IMG/VR virus record: IMGVR_UViG_3300033069_001247
Location: 22,810-86,809 of that record
DNA length: 64,000 bases
From: a virus
Taxonomy: Duplodnaviria > Caudoviricetes
Strand: one strand, 5' to 3'
In this document: positions 1 through 9,177 of the stretch, one piece after another
How the letters are laid out: each line of letters begins with the position of its first letter
How positions within the stretch are numbered: position 1 is the stretch's first letter
Position numbers and translations under genes: made by a program
The notes under the pieces: generated by a model
Told to the model about the DNA's origin: nothing
Seen by the model: the letters and a program-made list of their open reading frames with translations, nothing else
Databases searched by the model: none

Positions 1-2
1 AC

Positions 3-1472
3 AAGCTGGTTAACAATCTGCGGGCGTCAGGTATAAATGTCATCCGGGACGGTACGCGGACGCATATCATGGCCCTGACAGACAAAGACATCGACCAGAT
101 GGCAAGTAACCGTGAACTTCGGAACGTGGAAACGGTCGATTGGAAGAACATGGAGCCCGTCAAGGGTGGGTTGTTCGATCAAGAGTTGACCGGTGGGCAC
201 TCGACATCAGCAGGCGGCGGTAACCGCTGGAGCTACATCAAGCTGCACGAACCGTTGCCAAGCCCCGTGATGGCGGAGCCTATTCGCCGAGTGCTTGGTA
301 TCACCGAAAAGAAGTTTGAGGATGTACTGGCCGGGCGTGAGCAGCTCAACGGTAGCACTGGTCCTGGCGCGATTGGTCACGCGTTGAAGTCCATCAACGT
401 GGACAATGAGATCGCACGCGCCCGTGAAGAGATCAAGAGCAACAAGCGGACTGCTCGAGATGCGGCAGTCCGCCGGTTGGGTTACCTCAAGAACGCCAAG
501 CGGTTGAATATCCATCCGGGCGACTGGATGTTGTCCAAGGTTCCTGTGTTGCCGCCCGCATTTCGACCTGTATCAACGATGGGCGCAAATAAGCTGCCAC
601 TGGTAGCCGACGCGAACTACCTGTACAAAGAACTCTGGGACGCCAATCAAAGTCTGAAAGACCTATCGTCCCACCTGGACGAGAATGACATCGGTGACGA
701 ACGATTGAACGTCTACAAGGCATTCAAGGCAGTGACGGGTCTTGGTGATCCGACGCATGCCAAGAATCAAGAACGAAAAGTGAAAGGGATCCTCCAGCAT
801 GTCTTTGGATCATCGCCCAAACTCGGACTTGTCCAACGTCGGCTCCTGGGTTCGACGACCGATCTCGTCGGTCGTGCGGTTATTGCACCTGATCCTGATC
901 TCGATATGGACCAGGTGGGTATCCCTGAAAACCAAGCCTGGACAATCTATCGCCCAGTGCTCATCCGAAACCTTGTCCGAAAAGGCGTCCCTCGCCTGCA
1001 GGCCGCTAAAGCCGTTGAAGAGAAAACCCCGCTCGCTCGGCAGGCACTCCTCTCGGAAATGGATGAAGGCGTGGTAGTGATCAACCGGGCTCCGACGCTG
1101 CATCGTTATGGGATGATGGCAGCGAGACCCCGTCTGGTGAAAGGAAACGTACTCAAGATCAGCCCGCTTGTGGTTGGCGGTTTCGGGGCTGATTTTGATG
1201 GCGATGCCATGCAGTATCACGTCCCTGTCGGTGACGATGAGAAGAAGGAAGCCATCGAGAAGATGCTACCCAGCAGAAATCTGTTGTCGGCTGCCACGTT
1301 TAAGGTTCACATATTACCTACACAAGAGTATATTGGTGGGCTGTACGAAGCGACGGCACGTAAAGACTTGATGAACAAGCCTATCGTGTTCCGTACGAAA
1401 CGTGACGCCATACGTGCCTACAAAGAAGGACGCATCAATGTCGACAGACAAATCCACATCATCGAAGACTAG
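3..1472 (+). CDS. rpoC: RNA polymerase subunit, 5'-truncated by the window: probable beta C-terminus fused to the catalytic N-terminal half of beta-prime
   Basis: GADFDGD catalytic motif (cf. NADFDGD), VVINRAPTLHR, LVGRAVIAPDP, ETVDWKNMEPVKGGLF. The frame is open from base 3 to the ATG at 69 and reads KLVNNLRASGINV, resembling the RpoB C-terminus (LVKELRSLGINI). Confidence 0.93.
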   Translation, partial: KLVNNLRASGINVIRDGTRTHIMALTDKDIDQMASNRELRNVETVDWKNMEPVKGGLFDQELTGGHSTSAGGGNRWSYIKLHEPLPSPVMAEPIRRVLGITEKKFEDVLAGREQLNGSTGPGAIGHALKSINVDNEIARAREEIKSNKRTARDAAVRRLGYLKNAKRLNIHPGDWMLSKVPVLPPAFRPVSTMGANKLPLVADANYLYKELWDANQSLKDLSSHLDENDIGDERLNVYKAFKAVTGLGDPTHAKNQERKVKGILQHVFGSSPKLGLVQRRLLGSTTDLVGRAVIAPDPDLDMDQVGIPENQAWTIYRPVLIRNLVRKGVPRLQAAKAVEEKTPLARQALLSEMDEGVVVINRAPTLHRYGMMAARPRLVKGNVLKISPLVVGGFGADFDGDAMQYHVPVGDDEKKEAIEKMLPSRNLLSAATFKVHILPTQEYIGGLYEATARKDLMNKPIVFRTKRDAIRAYKEGRINVDRQIHIIED

Positions 1473-2034
1473 CACTTGTAAATGGTGTGGTGTGAATAAG
1501 TGCCAACCGTTGGCCAGCCGTTGTCGGTCGTGTCAGGATAGGGTCAATGCCCGCCAGAAGGAGTTGCGGGCAGCAAGAACAGCAGCAGGTCTCTGTAAGT
1601 GCGGTCGCGAGTCGCCGCGAGAAGGGAAGGCTGATTGTCAGCTATGTTTTTCTGAAATGAGTGTGTCACAGAACGTCACGTATCGGAAACGCAAGCTGGC
1701 TGGTCTTTGTAGTTGTGGTGCTGAACCAGACAAAGGATACAAATCGTGCGGCATATGTCGCAACAACTGGAAACGCAAAGGCGAAGTACTTCGTAGACGC
1801 GTGTTCAATCATTACGGGCTGAAGTGCGCCTGCTGTGACGAGGAAACCTATGAGTTCTTGGAGCTTGATCACATTGATGGCGGCGGCAATGATCACAGGC
1901 GTAGTGTGGGTGCTACATACAGGTGGGTGATACGCAACAACTTCCCACCCGGCTTCCAGACATTGTGTTCCAACTGCAACCGAGCCAAGTTTCGTTACGG
2001 GGTATGCCCACACCAGAAACAGAAAAAGAAGTGA
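1438..2034 (+). CDS. HNH endonuclease with three N-terminal Cys-rich Zn-binding repeats
   Basis: C-terminal CACC...LELDHIDG...TLCSNCNRAK HNH core; repeated GLCxCG...CxxC units. ATG 1438 chosen after AAGGAC; overlaps the 3' end of the RNAP gene. Confidence 0.85.
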   Translation: MSTDKSTSSKTSTCKWCGVNKCQPLASRCRSCQDRVNARQKELRAARTAAGLCKCGRESPREGKADCQLCFSEMSVSQNVTYRKRKLAGLCSCGAEPDKGYKSCGICRNNWKRKGEVLRRRVFNHYGLKCACCDEETYEFLELDHIDGGGNDHRRSVGATYRWVIRNNFPPGFQTLCSNCNRAKFRYGVCPHQKQKKK

Positions 2035-2116
2035 CAGCTTTCGTTGCACAACCGCATTCGATAGTATTTCAGTCGACATTCGTGGCTGATCAGGAAGATT
2101 GAAACGGAGATCAATT

Positions 2117-2821
2117 ATGGCAAGGATCAACCCAGCATTGATGGAGCTGGCCAAACACAAGACGTGGTCGTTGATTAAGTCAGCGGCTGTGCCACCCGGT
2201 GGTGCTCCGATGGATCCTGCTGCAGGCGGTGCTCCTCCGATGGATCCTTCCATGATGGGCGGTGCCCCTCCTGGCGGCGCCCCAGCAGGAATGCCCCCTG
2301 CCGGTGCCCCTCCGATGGATCCATCCATGATGGCTGGTGGCGGTGCCCCGATGGCACCTCCGATGGATCCTTCCATGATGGGTGCGCAGCCCGGAATGAT
2401 GCCAGGAGCAGCCCCCCAAAAGCTGAAGCCCGAGCAAATGATGCAGATGCTCGACTTCCGCCTGTACAACATGCAGCAGCAAGTGACTGCTATTATGAAT
2501 CACCTCGGCATCACCGTACCAGCTGGTGCGTTGGTAACACCTCCCGGGTCGCCCACACCGGTTGCTGAAGCTGCTTTACCGGGTGGTCCGCAAGATCCAG
2601 GCCCGCCACAGGCGGCGGGCGGTGGTGGTGATGCGGGCGGCGGGGCTTCGGCGATTTCATCGATCGCACCTATTCAAGGGGCCAGCCCGGAAACCGCGAA
2701 GCAGGCCAGTGTTTCTGTGGGTTCACCATACCGGGCAGTGGCATCAAACGATTTCTCCACAAGTGGCACGATCACGGATCGCATCGCAGCTGTCCGGGCC
2801 TTGCTGGCATTGCAGAGCTAA
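2117..2821 (+). CDS. Pro/Gly/Met-rich low-complexity protein, probable head-associated
   Basis: GGAG RBS before ATG 2117; PPMDPSMM repeats; KSAA and KQAS motifs. Confidence 0.75.
   Translation: MARINPALMELAKHKTWSLIKSAAVPPGGAPMDPAAGGAPPMDPSMMGGAPPGGAPAGMPPAGAPPMDPSMMAGGGAPMAPPMDPSMMGAQPGMMPGAAPQKLKPEQMMQMLDFRLYNMQQQVTAIMNHLGITVPAGALVTPPGSPTPVAEAALPGGPQDPGPPQAAGGGGDAGGGASAISSIAPIQGASPETAKQASVSVGSPYRAVASNDFSTSGTITDRIAAVRALLALQS
2234..2382 (+). repeat. Three dispersed copies of CCTCCGATGGATCCWTCCATGATGG encoding PPMDPSMM
   Basis: Copies start at 2234, 2309 and 2357. Confidence 0.9.
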
Positions 2822-2824
2822 CCC

Positions 2825-3076
2825 ATGAAGATTCAGATCCACCGCAATCTGCGTGACGTTCAGACACTGGATGTCACGCGGGTTGTGGTGCTCGACGAAT
2901 ACGATAACCCTGTCGCCCTGGCCATTGCCCTAGATGACGGAATCATCCTGGCCGAGACGGCAGGTAACCCAGTCGAGTTCAATTCCTTACTGCGAAGCGT
3001 AGGGATCAACAAGACAGTAGTTGTTCACGGTGTCAAGCAAGACCCGCTTCCTACGATCAAACTTTCCGGGCCGTGA
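2825..3076 (+). CDS. Hypothetical protein (83 aa)
   Basis: Fills the gap between flanking genes; stop is 1 nt before the next ATG. Confidence 0.7.
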   Translation: MKIQIHRNLRDVQTLDVTRVVVLDEYDNPVALAIALDDGIILAETAGNPVEFNSLLRSVGINKTVVVHGVKQDPLPTIKLSGP

Positions 3077-3077
3077 C

Positions 3078-6000
3078 ATGCTCAATACGACATTGGGACA
3101 GTTGATGGTCAACCAGGCTTTACCTGCGGAATTACAAGACCATCAACGTGTCTTGGATAAGAAGGGGATCAAGGCACTGCTGCAGCAGGTCGCCGATAAA
3201 CACCCAGACAAGTACAGAGAAATTGCCAAAAGACTTTCTGATATCGGACGTGATGCAGCATTTACGACCGGCGGGTATTCTTTCGGACTGGGTTCGCTGC
3301 GACAATCTGTGGCCGCCCGTAAGATGCGACATGAACTGACATCCAAGCTGCAGGAGATTTACGCATCTCAAGAGCCGGACGATGTCAAAGAACAAAAAAT
3401 CCTGATGACAGTGGGCGGATATCAGAAGCAACTGTCGCAGGATGTAATGAAAGAATCACTCGATGTCCGCAACCCGCTGGCCCTGCAAGTCTTATCCGGT
3501 GCGCGGGGTAATCACACGAATCTGAACTCGCTTCGCGGTGCCGACCTGCTGTACACCGACCATCGTGGTCGAGCAATGCCGATTCCGGTCACCCGTAGCT
3601 ATTCCATGGGGCTCCGCCCGTACGAATACTTTGCGGGTGCCTTCGGTGCCCGCAAAGGTGTGATCGATTTGAAATGCCTTGGTGGTGATACACCAGTGGT
3701 TATGGCAGATTGGTCAGTTAAAAAAATCTGCGATATCAAGCAAGGTGATTACGTGATGGGTTCGGATACAGCTGGACGTCTGCGACCTGTCAAAGTACTC
3801 AATGTTTTCGATAACGGAAAACGTGAATGTTACAATTGGCGTTTTCGTGTTGGATCATGTCGCAAACGATTTGCTGATGTTGTGGCAACTGCTGACCACA
3901 AAATTCTCGCACAGGTTCGTGCTGGTCGACCTGGATCAACATATGCGTATCGCTCAAGCTATACGCCGTTGCCCTTGCCGTTACATACCGCAAAATTGCA
4001 AAAGAAGGCAACCAAAAATGCATTCGTGGCGTGGCCGGCTCGCGGAGAAGTCAATTCCGAAAACGGTATTGCGGAGCCGCGAGCGATGCTGCTTGGGTTG
4101 CTACTTGGTGACGGTTACACACCGGAGAAAACAGGCCATACATTGTCATGCGCTGATCAGTGTTTGATTGACGACACTGCTACGTACCTCGCATCATTGA
4201 ATCTGAAACTGAATCCTCCAAAAGATGGGTACAGTCATCGACTTGTTGAGATCGTTAGATCAAAACAAAAAATGGAAGTCCGTAACAACAGAAACACATT
4301 TGCCGGGACGGGTAATCCGGTGCGACAATGGTTGCACGATGTCGGATGTACCGGAAAACTTGCACACGAAAAACAATTGCCAGCTGTCGTTTGGCAGTGG
4401 AATCGTGACTCCATCTGTCAGCTGATTGGTGGGTTGATCGCAACAGACGGCACAATTGAAGTGCGAAATGATGGTTGTACTGTCAAATTCAAATTGACAA
4501 GTCTGCAAATTGTTTCACAGGTTCAACGACTGTTGGAGTTGCGGTTGGGTATCTGGTGTACACCAATACGTCGTATTCCTGTTGAGACAATACCGCTAGG
4601 TAACTATGACCAGTGGGAGATTACGTTCTCACACCCAGAGGCCATTCGTCGTTTTATTGACTTGGTGTATGTGCCAGGTATCAAACATCACCAGTTGCAA
4701 GAAGGGTTGCGGAAACTGTCTGCTGAACCGCGTAGTGCAGAGATTGGGTTTAAGATTCAATCACGCGAAGCTGTAGGTATGATTCAAACATACGACATTG
4801 AAGTTGATCATCCTGACCATCTCTTCTTATTAGAGAATGGTCTTGTCGTATCAAACTCGGCAACACAGGACGCCGGTTTCTTTGCTAAACAGCTGGTGCA
4901 GGCTGCACATCGATTGTTGGTGTCACAGATTGATGACGAACGCGAGTATGATCATTCAAACCCGCGTGGTTACCCAGTCGATACAGGGGATAATGATACC
5001 GAAGGTGCATTACTGGCTCATCCTATTGGTGGTTACAAACGCAATACTGTGCTCACGCCAAAGATCCTGAAAGAATTGCGGGCCAATGGTATGCGTGAAA
5101 TTCTGGTGCGTAGTCCTACCGTCGGCGGGCCTGCCGATGGTGGTGTTTACGCACGTGATGTTGGCGTCCGTGAACGTGGTGGTATCGCACCTCTCGGTGA
5201 TTATGTCGGCGTCGCAGGGGCGCAGGCTTTAGCTGAGCCAGTTACCCAAAGTCAAATTTCAAGTAAGCATAGCGGCGGAGTGGTCGGTGCGTCTGCTGGG
5301 GCTATTTCTGGGTTCAAGTACATCAATCAGCTGGTGCAGTCCCCCAAGGTGTTTCAGGGCGGGGCCGTGCATTCACAGAAAGACGGTCGCATCACCAACG
5401 TACGACCGGCCCCGCAGGGCGGCACCTATGTCACTGTGGAAAATGAGGACCATTACATCCCACACGGTATTCAGATCCAGGTCAAACGTGGCGACACGAT
5501 CGAAGCTGGTGACGTACTGACGGAAGGGACACCGCAACCGGCGGAGATCGCCAAACACAAGGGTGTAGGTGAAGCCCGGTACTACTTCACCAATACTTTT
5601 CGAAAGGCCCTTACCGATTCGGGCACATACGGGAACCGCCGGAATATCGAACTACTGGCCCGAGGGTTGATCAACCATGTGCGGCTGACGGACGAGGTCG
5701 GTGACGGGATCCCTGGTGACGTTGTACCATACCAGTTACTGGAATCACGATGGCAGCCCAGGGAAGGCCACACGATCAATGCACCAGAACGGGCAGTCGG
5801 TCAGTATCTGGAACGCCCCGTGCTGCATTACACTGTTGGTACGCGTGTGCGACCGTCTATGCTGTCGAAGTTCAAGCAGTACGGCGTAGCCAATCTGGCT
5901 GTACATAAAGACCCACCACCGTTCGAACCCGAGATGATTCGTGGAATGGCGAACGCAGCTAACGATCCCGACTGGATGACAAGGATGCTTGGCAGCTATC

Positions 6001-6140
6001 AGAAGAACAGTATTCTGGATGCTGCACACAACGGCGCAGTCTCTGACGAAGCAGGTAGCAGCTTTGTTCCAGCGCTGGCCCGCGGCGTGGATTTCGGGCG
6101 TGTTGGACTAACCAAAGGATGGAAGCCGCAGACACCGTAA
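3078..6140 (+). CDS. rpoC: RNA polymerase beta-prime C-terminal half, intein-containing
   Basis: TTLGQLMVN and LDKKGIKALL at the N-terminus; bridge helix GARKGVIDLK/SATQDAGFFAKQL; trigger helix/loop GDYVGVAGAQALAEPVTQSQISSKHSGG; sandwich-barrel motif VKRGDTIEAGDVLTEG. ATG 3078 preferred over TTG 3021. Confidence 0.93.
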   Translation: MLNTTLGQLMVNQALPAELQDHQRVLDKKGIKALLQQVADKHPDKYREIAKRLSDIGRDAAFTTGGYSFGLGSLRQSVAARKMRHELTSKLQEIYASQEPDDVKEQKILMTVGGYQKQLSQDVMKESLDVRNPLALQVLSGARGNHTNLNSLRGADLLYTDHRGRAMPIPVTRSYSMGLRPYEYFAGAFGARKGVIDLKCLGGDTPVVMADWSVKKICDIKQGDYVMGSDTAGRLRPVKVLNVFDNGKRECYNWRFRVGSCRKRFADVVATADHKILAQVRAGRPGSTYAYRSSYTPLPLPLHTAKLQKKATKNAFVAWPARGEVNSENGIAEPRAMLLGLLLGDGYTPEKTGHTLSCADQCLIDDTATYLASLNLKLNPPKDGYSHRLVEIVRSKQKMEVRNNRNTFAGTGNPVRQWLHDVGCTGKLAHEKQLPAVVWQWNRDSICQLIGGLIATDGTIEVRNDGCTVKFKLTSLQIVSQVQRLLELRLGIWCTPIRRIPVETIPLGNYDQWEITFSHPEAIRRFIDLVYVPGIKHHQLQEGLRKLSAEPRSAEIGFKIQSREAVGMIQTYDIEVDHPDHLFLLENGLVVSNSATQDAGFFAKQLVQAAHRLLVSQIDDEREYDHSNPRGYPVDTGDNDTEGALLAHPIGGYKRNTVLTPKILKELRANGMREILVRSPTVGGPADGGVYARDVGVRERGGIAPLGDYVGVAGAQALAEPVTQSQISSKHSGGVVGASAGAISGFKYINQLVQSPKVFQGGAVHSQKDGRITNVRPAPQGGTYVTVENEDHYIPHGIQIQVKRGDTIEAGDVLTEGTPQPAEIAKHKGVGEARYYFTNTFRKALTDSGTYGNRRNIELLARGLINHVRLTDEVGDGIPGDVVPYQLLESRWQPREGHTINAPERAVGQYLERPVLHYTVGTRVRPSMLSKFKQYGVANLAVHKDPPPFEPEMIRGMANAANDPDWMTRMLGSYQKNSILDAAHNGAVSDEAGSSFVPALARGVDFGRVGLTKGWKPQTP
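3675..4856 (+). mobile_element. Intein (394 aa) with LAGLIDADG homing endonuclease
   Basis: Begins CLGGDTPVVMAD, ends YDIEVDHPDHLFLLENGLVVSN followed by +1 Ser; LLGLLLGDG and LIGGLIATDG motifs; visibly AT-richer than the flanks. Confidence 0.95.
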
Positions 6141-6228
6141 GAGTCGTTAGTCTCGCGTTCACACGGCAGCTAAGCTAACCTGTGGATAGCCATAACGGCG
6201 CAGACGACCTGACATGGAGGTTATTCGG

Positions 6229-8706
6229 ATGCTCACAGCACTACCCGCCGGTAAGGCATACTGGTTGGATATTTGCCGCAGTTACTCAGACCGTGACTGG
6301 CTGACGAAGTCTGCGTCCCTGGGCGGCGACGGTCAAGACACGTCATTCGAACAAGCATTCAGTAACCTGGCCCACGCCTATTTACGGGACAAGGCCCCAA
6401 CACTCCTCGATCACGAGCTGGGTTTCCAGCTGATCGATCGGAACCAGGAAAACACCAAGGCCATTGGTGTCTTTGCATTCAAGGTAGGCAGCCAGCGGCT
6501 GTTCGCCCCGGTATTCTTCCTGCGAGGCGAACTCAAGGGGCACGAGCTGCTGTACCTGCGTAATCAAGACGCGTTCGTACCGCTCAAGGAAAACCGGATC
6601 AATGATATTCTGAACCGGAAGCCAAACATTCTGGGTAACGGGGTGGCCCGGCAAACATCGCAACTTGGTGTTCGCTTCCCGGATTTGAACCGCATATCAC
6701 AGTCGCCCAGCAAGATGGCGTCTGACCGGTTCAGTCAGAGCGTTCAGCCGTTTTTGCCTGTGATGGCTCACCTGGCAACGCAGGACATGCAGGAATCGAT
6801 TTCTGAGTTCCAGAAACACTGCAGTGAGCGATTAAACCTGGCACACTTCATGAAGCAGGCGTCACTGCCAGCGCTGGAAGCCGTTGTGGACCTTATGCAC
6901 CGCAAACCAGCGATCGGGGAAGCCTTTGATCGTTGGTACGGAATGAGCGTCATCAGCGACGCCATCAAGGAAGCCTCTGCGCGGTTGTCGATGCACTCGA
7001 TCACCGACAACCCGTACGTCGCGGTAAATAGGAACCAACCCATCTGGGGGTCATTGCTGTCGCACCTGGAGAAGACAGCCGCTGATGACGACAATGGGCC
7101 AGATTACCAGCAGAAACTGGAGATCATCACTCCAGAGAGTACGCGGGTGCAGGGTTCTATCATTGCCCTCACGGAAGACGACCAAGAGAAGCTGCTGAAC
7201 GACAACGTCTTGATCAAGGACCATCGCAAGGGTGATGAGGTCTCTGTACCTGTCAACCTGCAGGTCGAGGAGAAGTTGTCGAATCCAACAGACACCGGCA
7301 TCTACCAGATGCTGTGCAAGTCGAATGACTTTGAGAAGTGTCTGGTGGTGACGAACCCACACGGACCAAACGGACGCAAAAACGTCAGTACCGTTGTGCG
7401 GTTGGACGACTCACAACGGAACTGGGCCAACTTCACCCCGCAAGGGATTTTCACGTTGGGTCAGGACGAAAGCCTGCTCGGCGGCGAAGAGTCGTGGCGG
7501 GAATGGTTCGACAGCCTGCCGGACATCACCACCATCTCGGATACGTCCAACGGTGTTTACATGGCGGTTGGCCCACGCCGAAACGCCACGTTGCCGTTTA
7601 CGGTGCGTCGTAAGATCGGCACCAACGGCGATACCAAGACCTACGAAGTCCGGTTCTTCTCCGACACAACAGACTCTCAGCCATTCGGTGTCTCGCGGTC
7701 CATGGACAGCTACTCGAATTACGACAGCTGGCGGGATGGTGAACGGCTACACCTGGATGCCAAGATCGGAACGCAGATCCGGTCAGCTGCAGGTGACGTG
7801 TACCTGCCTGTGGGTTACAAGCTGCTGAAGCTAACTGCCACCAAAAAGGTCAGTGACGGGGATGACGACGGTCCGGACATGGAGTGCTCTTGCAGCGAGA
7901 CGCTGCCTATCACCCCTGGTAACCTGCTGGACGCCCGGCGGATGCTGCTGGAGAAGACAGCAGCGCTGAAGGTGACACATGATGGCGTGCGTTACCACAT
8001 CAACGAGCGTGATAACCTGACCCCTGTGAACTCGTTGATCCATTTGGTCCGTGATCATGGTCTGACTGAAGCGGATAGCCGCTTCATCCTGAAAGAGGCT
8101 GCGGCCCAGAGTCACAAGGGCTCCTCGTTTAGTTGTCGGGTGAAATACGCCAATCCATTCTTGTCGCAGGGTGGGCCGACGGCACCAGGCTTCAACGATG
8201 ATGCTGCGATGAACGGCTTTAACCCTATGGGTTTTGCGGGGCAGTCGCAGCAAGGTTACGAACAGGATCTGCCTGTTCCGGATATGTCCGGACGTAACAC
8301 TGACCCCAATATCTACAACGTCAATCCGGCCAACATGCCGGAGCCGATGGACGCCAACGGTGTCAATCGAGCAATCCAGTCAGGTCAACGTGAGGTATTT
8401 GATGTTTCCATGATCGGCTCTATGCTACGGGCCGTGCGTGACGACACGATGATTGATCGTTACCTGCCTGACCTGCTGAAGGCAGTGGACCGTCTTGGGC
8501 GTATCCTGTTCCAGTTCTACTGGCACCAGGATAAGTTTGCAGAACGGTACGGTAAGCAGGACATGCCTGAGTTGGAAGACTCGCTGCGTAACGCCTTCGA
8601 GATGCTCGATGACGTTGAACTGTTCCTGCAACAGAAGACGATTCAGCCGTACCCGGAAGAAGATGTCCGTGACATCGATCTCGCCAACTCGGACGACCAT
8701 AATTAA
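6229..8706 (+). CDS. Large head-module protein of unknown function (about 825 aa)
   Basis: Long ORF; GGAGG at 6216-6220 favours ATG 6229; seven K-x-A-[A/S] motifs. Confidence 0.8.
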   Translation: MLTALPAGKAYWLDICRSYSDRDWLTKSASLGGDGQDTSFEQAFSNLAHAYLRDKAPTLLDHELGFQLIDRNQENTKAIGVFAFKVGSQRLFAPVFFLRGELKGHELLYLRNQDAFVPLKENRINDILNRKPNILGNGVARQTSQLGVRFPDLNRISQSPSKMASDRFSQSVQPFLPVMAHLATQDMQESISEFQKHCSERLNLAHFMKQASLPALEAVVDLMHRKPAIGEAFDRWYGMSVISDAIKEASARLSMHSITDNPYVAVNRNQPIWGSLLSHLEKTAADDDNGPDYQQKLEIITPESTRVQGSIIALTEDDQEKLLNDNVLIKDHRKGDEVSVPVNLQVEEKLSNPTDTGIYQMLCKSNDFEKCLVVTNPHGPNGRKNVSTVVRLDDSQRNWANFTPQGIFTLGQDESLLGGEESWREWFDSLPDITTISDTSNGVYMAVGPRRNATLPFTVRRKIGTNGDTKTYEVRFFSDTTDSQPFGVSRSMDSYSNYDSWRDGERLHLDAKIGTQIRSAAGDVYLPVGYKLLKLTATKKVSDGDDDGPDMECSCSETLPITPGNLLDARRMLLEKTAALKVTHDGVRYHINERDNLTPVNSLIHLVRDHGLTEADSRFILKEAAAQSHKGSSFSCRVKYANPFLSQGGPTAPGFNDDAAMNGFNPMGFAGQSQQGYEQDLPVPDMSGRNTDPNIYNVNPANMPEPMDANGVNRAIQSGQREVFDVSMIGSMLRAVRDDTMIDRYLPDLLKAVDRLGRILFQFYWHQDKFAERYGKQDMPELEDSLRNAFEMLDDVELFLQQKTIQPYPEEDVRDIDLANSDDHN

Positions 8707-8718
8707 GCGGAGTGACTC

Positions 8719-9144
8719 ATGAGCAAGCCTTGGAGCTATGGTCCAAAGCAGTTTACGATCCCGGCTGGTGCAGCCTCTGTGATCCAGCTGGACGTGCCGC
8801 ACCGTGCGGTATTGCGACGGTTGGGTATCCGCACCACTGTGGACAGTATCACTGGACCGTTCGAGATCTACACCAGCGAGGACGCTGCATTGGCTGCGAA
8901 GGCCAGCGGCGTTACAGCGACGACCTCGTACAGAGGAATGGTTGTCCCGGCTGCCAGTTTCGTGATGCACAGCGGAGCACTGGTTGGCGGTGTTTACTCC
9001 AGTGCATTGGATGTCCCGTACGAAAATGCCGATGGTTCGCCGTCAAATTGCATCCAACGGTTGTGGTTGCGAATCGTGCCGTCTGGTACGGGTAACCTGA
9101 CGTTCACAATCAACATGACGATGCAAACACCGTCCATGATGTAA
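8719..9144 (+). CDS. Hypothetical beta-rich protein, possible minor virion protein
   Basis: GGAG RBS; alternating hydrophobic beta-strand pattern; position in the head module. Confidence 0.65.
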   Translation: MSKPWSYGPKQFTIPAGAASVIQLDVPHRAVLRRLGIRTTVDSITGPFEIYTSEDAALAAKASGVTATTSYRGMVVPAASFVMHSGALVGGVYSSALDVPYENADGSPSNCIQRLWLRIVPSGTGNLTFTINMTMQTPSMM

Positions 9145-9177
9145 TTGACAGTCGGTCTCCAGTGAAGCGAGCAGAGC

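Noticed and set aside
1473-3077. Self-splicing intron rejoining the two beta-prime halves
   Set aside because: The gap holds three ordinary ORFs, each half has its own stop or start, and I saw no group I/II core. RT-PCR across the gap would be needed to exclude it fully.
1-6140. Cellular rpoBC operon
   Set aside because: Highly divergent sequence, lost Zn sites, no ribosomal protein genes nearby, and directly followed by phage head genes.
6229-8706. Portal or terminase assignment for the 825-aa protein
   Set aside because: No Walker A/B, nuclease or portal-like pattern was recognised, so it is left unassigned.
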